Shown one piece after another: positions 61,815-64,000 of a stretch of DNA of 64,000 nt. Both the position numbers and the translations under genes were made by a program. The DNA is taken from contig NC_090329.1 in NCBI RefSeq assembly GCF_035084215.1, positions 35,526,001 through 35,590,000 of the forward strand, given 5' to 3'. The notes under the pieces are model-generated. The model was given only the letters and a program-made list of their open reading frames with translations. It had not been told where the DNA came from and did not search any database. This DNA is from Heptranchias perlo (lineage: Eukaryota). Position 1 is the stretch's first letter. The number at the start of each line of letters is the position of its first letter.

Positions 61815-62340
61815 GATATGGTCAGTTGATGACACTCTTGGATCAGAAAGTTGTCACTCGAGGATTTGAGCACATAAACCAGGTTGACTCTTCAATGCTG
61901 TGCCTAGTGAGTGCTGCATTGTTGGAGGTGTCGTCTTTCGATATGGGGAACAGGCAGGAAAGTGGAGTTGAGGCCAGAATCAGATCAGCCATGATCTGAT
62001 TGAATGGCGGAGCAGGCTCGAAGGGACCAAATGGCCTACTCCTGCTTGTGTTCTTATGTTCTTATGAATGAGACATTAATGTGATGGTCTGTTCAAGTGG
62101 ACGTAAAAGATCCCATGGCATTATTTGAAGAAGAGCAGGGAGTTCTCCAAGTATCCTGCCCAATATTCATCTCTCAAAACAGAAAAACTGATTACGTATC
62201 TCATGTTTGTGAGATCTTGCTGTGTGCAATTGACCTGCAGTGCTTGCCTACAAATCAAGAATGATTACACTTTAAAAAGTAACTGTTGTCTGTGAAGTGG
62301 TTTGGGATGCCCCAAAGATGAAAAAGGGACTATATAAGTT
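61815..62340 (+). mobile_element. DeuSINE/SacSINE1-like SINE with a nested CR1 tail (about 61941-62066)
   Basis: GAGTGCTGCATTGTTGGAGGTGTCGTCTTTC..GTGGACGTAAAAGATCCCATGGCATTATTTGAAGAAGAGCAGGG. Confidence 0.8.
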
Positions 62341-62721
62341 CTTTATCTGAAGGAGTGGACCTGATGTGTCAAATGCCCTTTTTTATTCCATAATTTCTTA
62401 TGTTCTAATCTAGGTTTCTTTGATAAAGGAGGTGCCTCAGTGAGTTCACAAAGCTTAGGTTTGGTCACAAAATGGAGTCCATTAGTGTTGTCTCTGATGA
62501 AGATCTCCAACTCCAAGCTCTGAGGTGCTTAAAGCCAAGTTTCAACCATTGTTGCATTATAGACAAGACTTGAAAATATATATTTTGGGAGACATATAAC
62601 ATTTCTTCTTCTTTTACTTTTATTTGAATGGCAACCTTGTTATATTTTTATTGCAGTGCATATTGCCACCAAGATACTCGGGCAACATATAATATAATTT
62701 AACAGAATGTCACTCTTGTTT

Positions 62722-64000
62722 GGGGGTGAATTTCCTTACCATTTCCAGTGCATTAGCTGCGCTGTGATGGTGTAAGAAATTTTTCCAGTGGGGAACTTGC
62801 GTGGAAGCTGTTTGTGGTGCTTGTGCGCCTCTAATAAGCTTTCCCCGAGTTTCTTCAGGCTTCTGAAGCCATTTTGCGTCGTGCCTGTGAGTCACCACTG
62901 GTCTCGTTTACACGTGGCAGCCTGTCAGCCAGGGGCACTGTTGACGAATGTTTCTTGCATTAACCCCATTATTGCACTCAGGGTAAGTTACACTTTATTG
63001 CCGGAGGTGCAGTGACTGCCAAGATCAGCTGATACAGATGGCAGTGATGGGCTCCTGACACACAAAGTCCTCAGATCCTCTTTTGAAGAATTCTGAAGGT
63101 AGGAATGTTTTATAAAGTGTTTTTTTCCCATTCTGCCCGCAGAAACTACACTTGCTTCTGACTGCTTCTCAGAGGGTCAGTCCAATGGCAGATTTTCAGA
63201 TCCCCACTCCCCCCTCACCCCTTACCCACAGTCAGGGCTTCTCATGAGCATATACAGCGTTCCCCATGAGCATACTCTTGTATGTCATAATCATAGTCCA
63301 GCAACGGCACCACAGAGTGGAACAAAGGAGAGTCAGGCAACGATTACTGCAAGCTGCTTCACATCACGTCTCACCACTGAAGTCTTCTCAGCCACTGAAA
63401 AAAGTCTACTTTTGACACAACAGCCTCATCTCCTTCTACTCCACCGCACCCCCCCCCCCAACCCTTGCGACGAAAGGGATATTTACTAAAACGATTACCC
63501 ATCCCACCACTTGACAACATAGCAGACCTCTTTGCCCCTACATGACCGTGCCAATCATCACTACATTAGTGAAGACATCAGCATCACATAAGTGCACTCT
63601 AACCTCCATCAGGAGCAAATTGCTATGTCAGTGCACATTTTACTTTCTTTCAGTAAATTCCTGAGTGCATCCAATCAACCTACTCTTTCGTCACACCATT
63701 CTTCCCCTGGGTGTCTACACATTCCCTCTTGTGCTTTTTTTTGGTGCCACCTGAAGGCCAGGATCATGGGAGGTGGTTGGCCGCAGATGCTCTACAAAAG
63801 GTTCATGGGATTGAGATGGCCCTCCTCTCATGGCAACTTGCTTCTTGGCAGCTTGATATTACCTCCCATCGTTCTATTGGTGTAATGTTATGGAGGTGGG
63901 GGGGTGGAGGGTTTGGCATGTGCTGCTGTCCTGAGAGACAGCAGTATCATTCAGTTGTGAATGCTGGATGGCTTGGTCCTCATCATCCTCGTCACCATTA
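62722..64000. mobile_element. Probable old Harbinger remnant
   Basis: TIR-like GGGGGTGAATTTCC, C-rich intron-like tracts and a minus-strand acidic-tail-like end; no clean motif. Confidence 0.35.

Overview
Repeat-dense vertebrate genomic DNA, most likely cartilaginous fish (inferred from the mix of CR1, L2, CR1/Zenon-like LINEs, DeuSINE/AmnSINE2/LF-SINE-like SINEs and PIF/Harbinger elements). No host protein-coding exon could be established, so the window looks intronic or intergenic. The main element is a very young Neptune-type Penelope-like retroelement (PLE) at 1-3903 (minus strand) in partial-tandem form. A 5'-truncated RT+GIY-YIG copy sits upstream of a pLTR, followed by a copy with an uninterrupted ORF that runs off the left edge; the two copies look identical at a 3086-bp period. 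The pLTR holds a minimal type I hammerhead ribozyme, which shows covariation across four copies in the window, and a conserved RFX X-box-like motif. Other content: two near-complete two-gene Harbinger transposons (36125-40350, 44954-49029), many Harbinger-type MITEs, PLE-derived hammerhead palindromes near 60.5-61.2 kb, and TE-poor blocks that may be enhancers. Three unusual insertions stand out: a local junction-spanning copy, a 447-bp orphan with a 13-bp duplication, and a circularly permuted CR1 block inside a minisatellite. Family names come from recalled consensus motifs, not database searches. Boundaries of old repeats are approximate.
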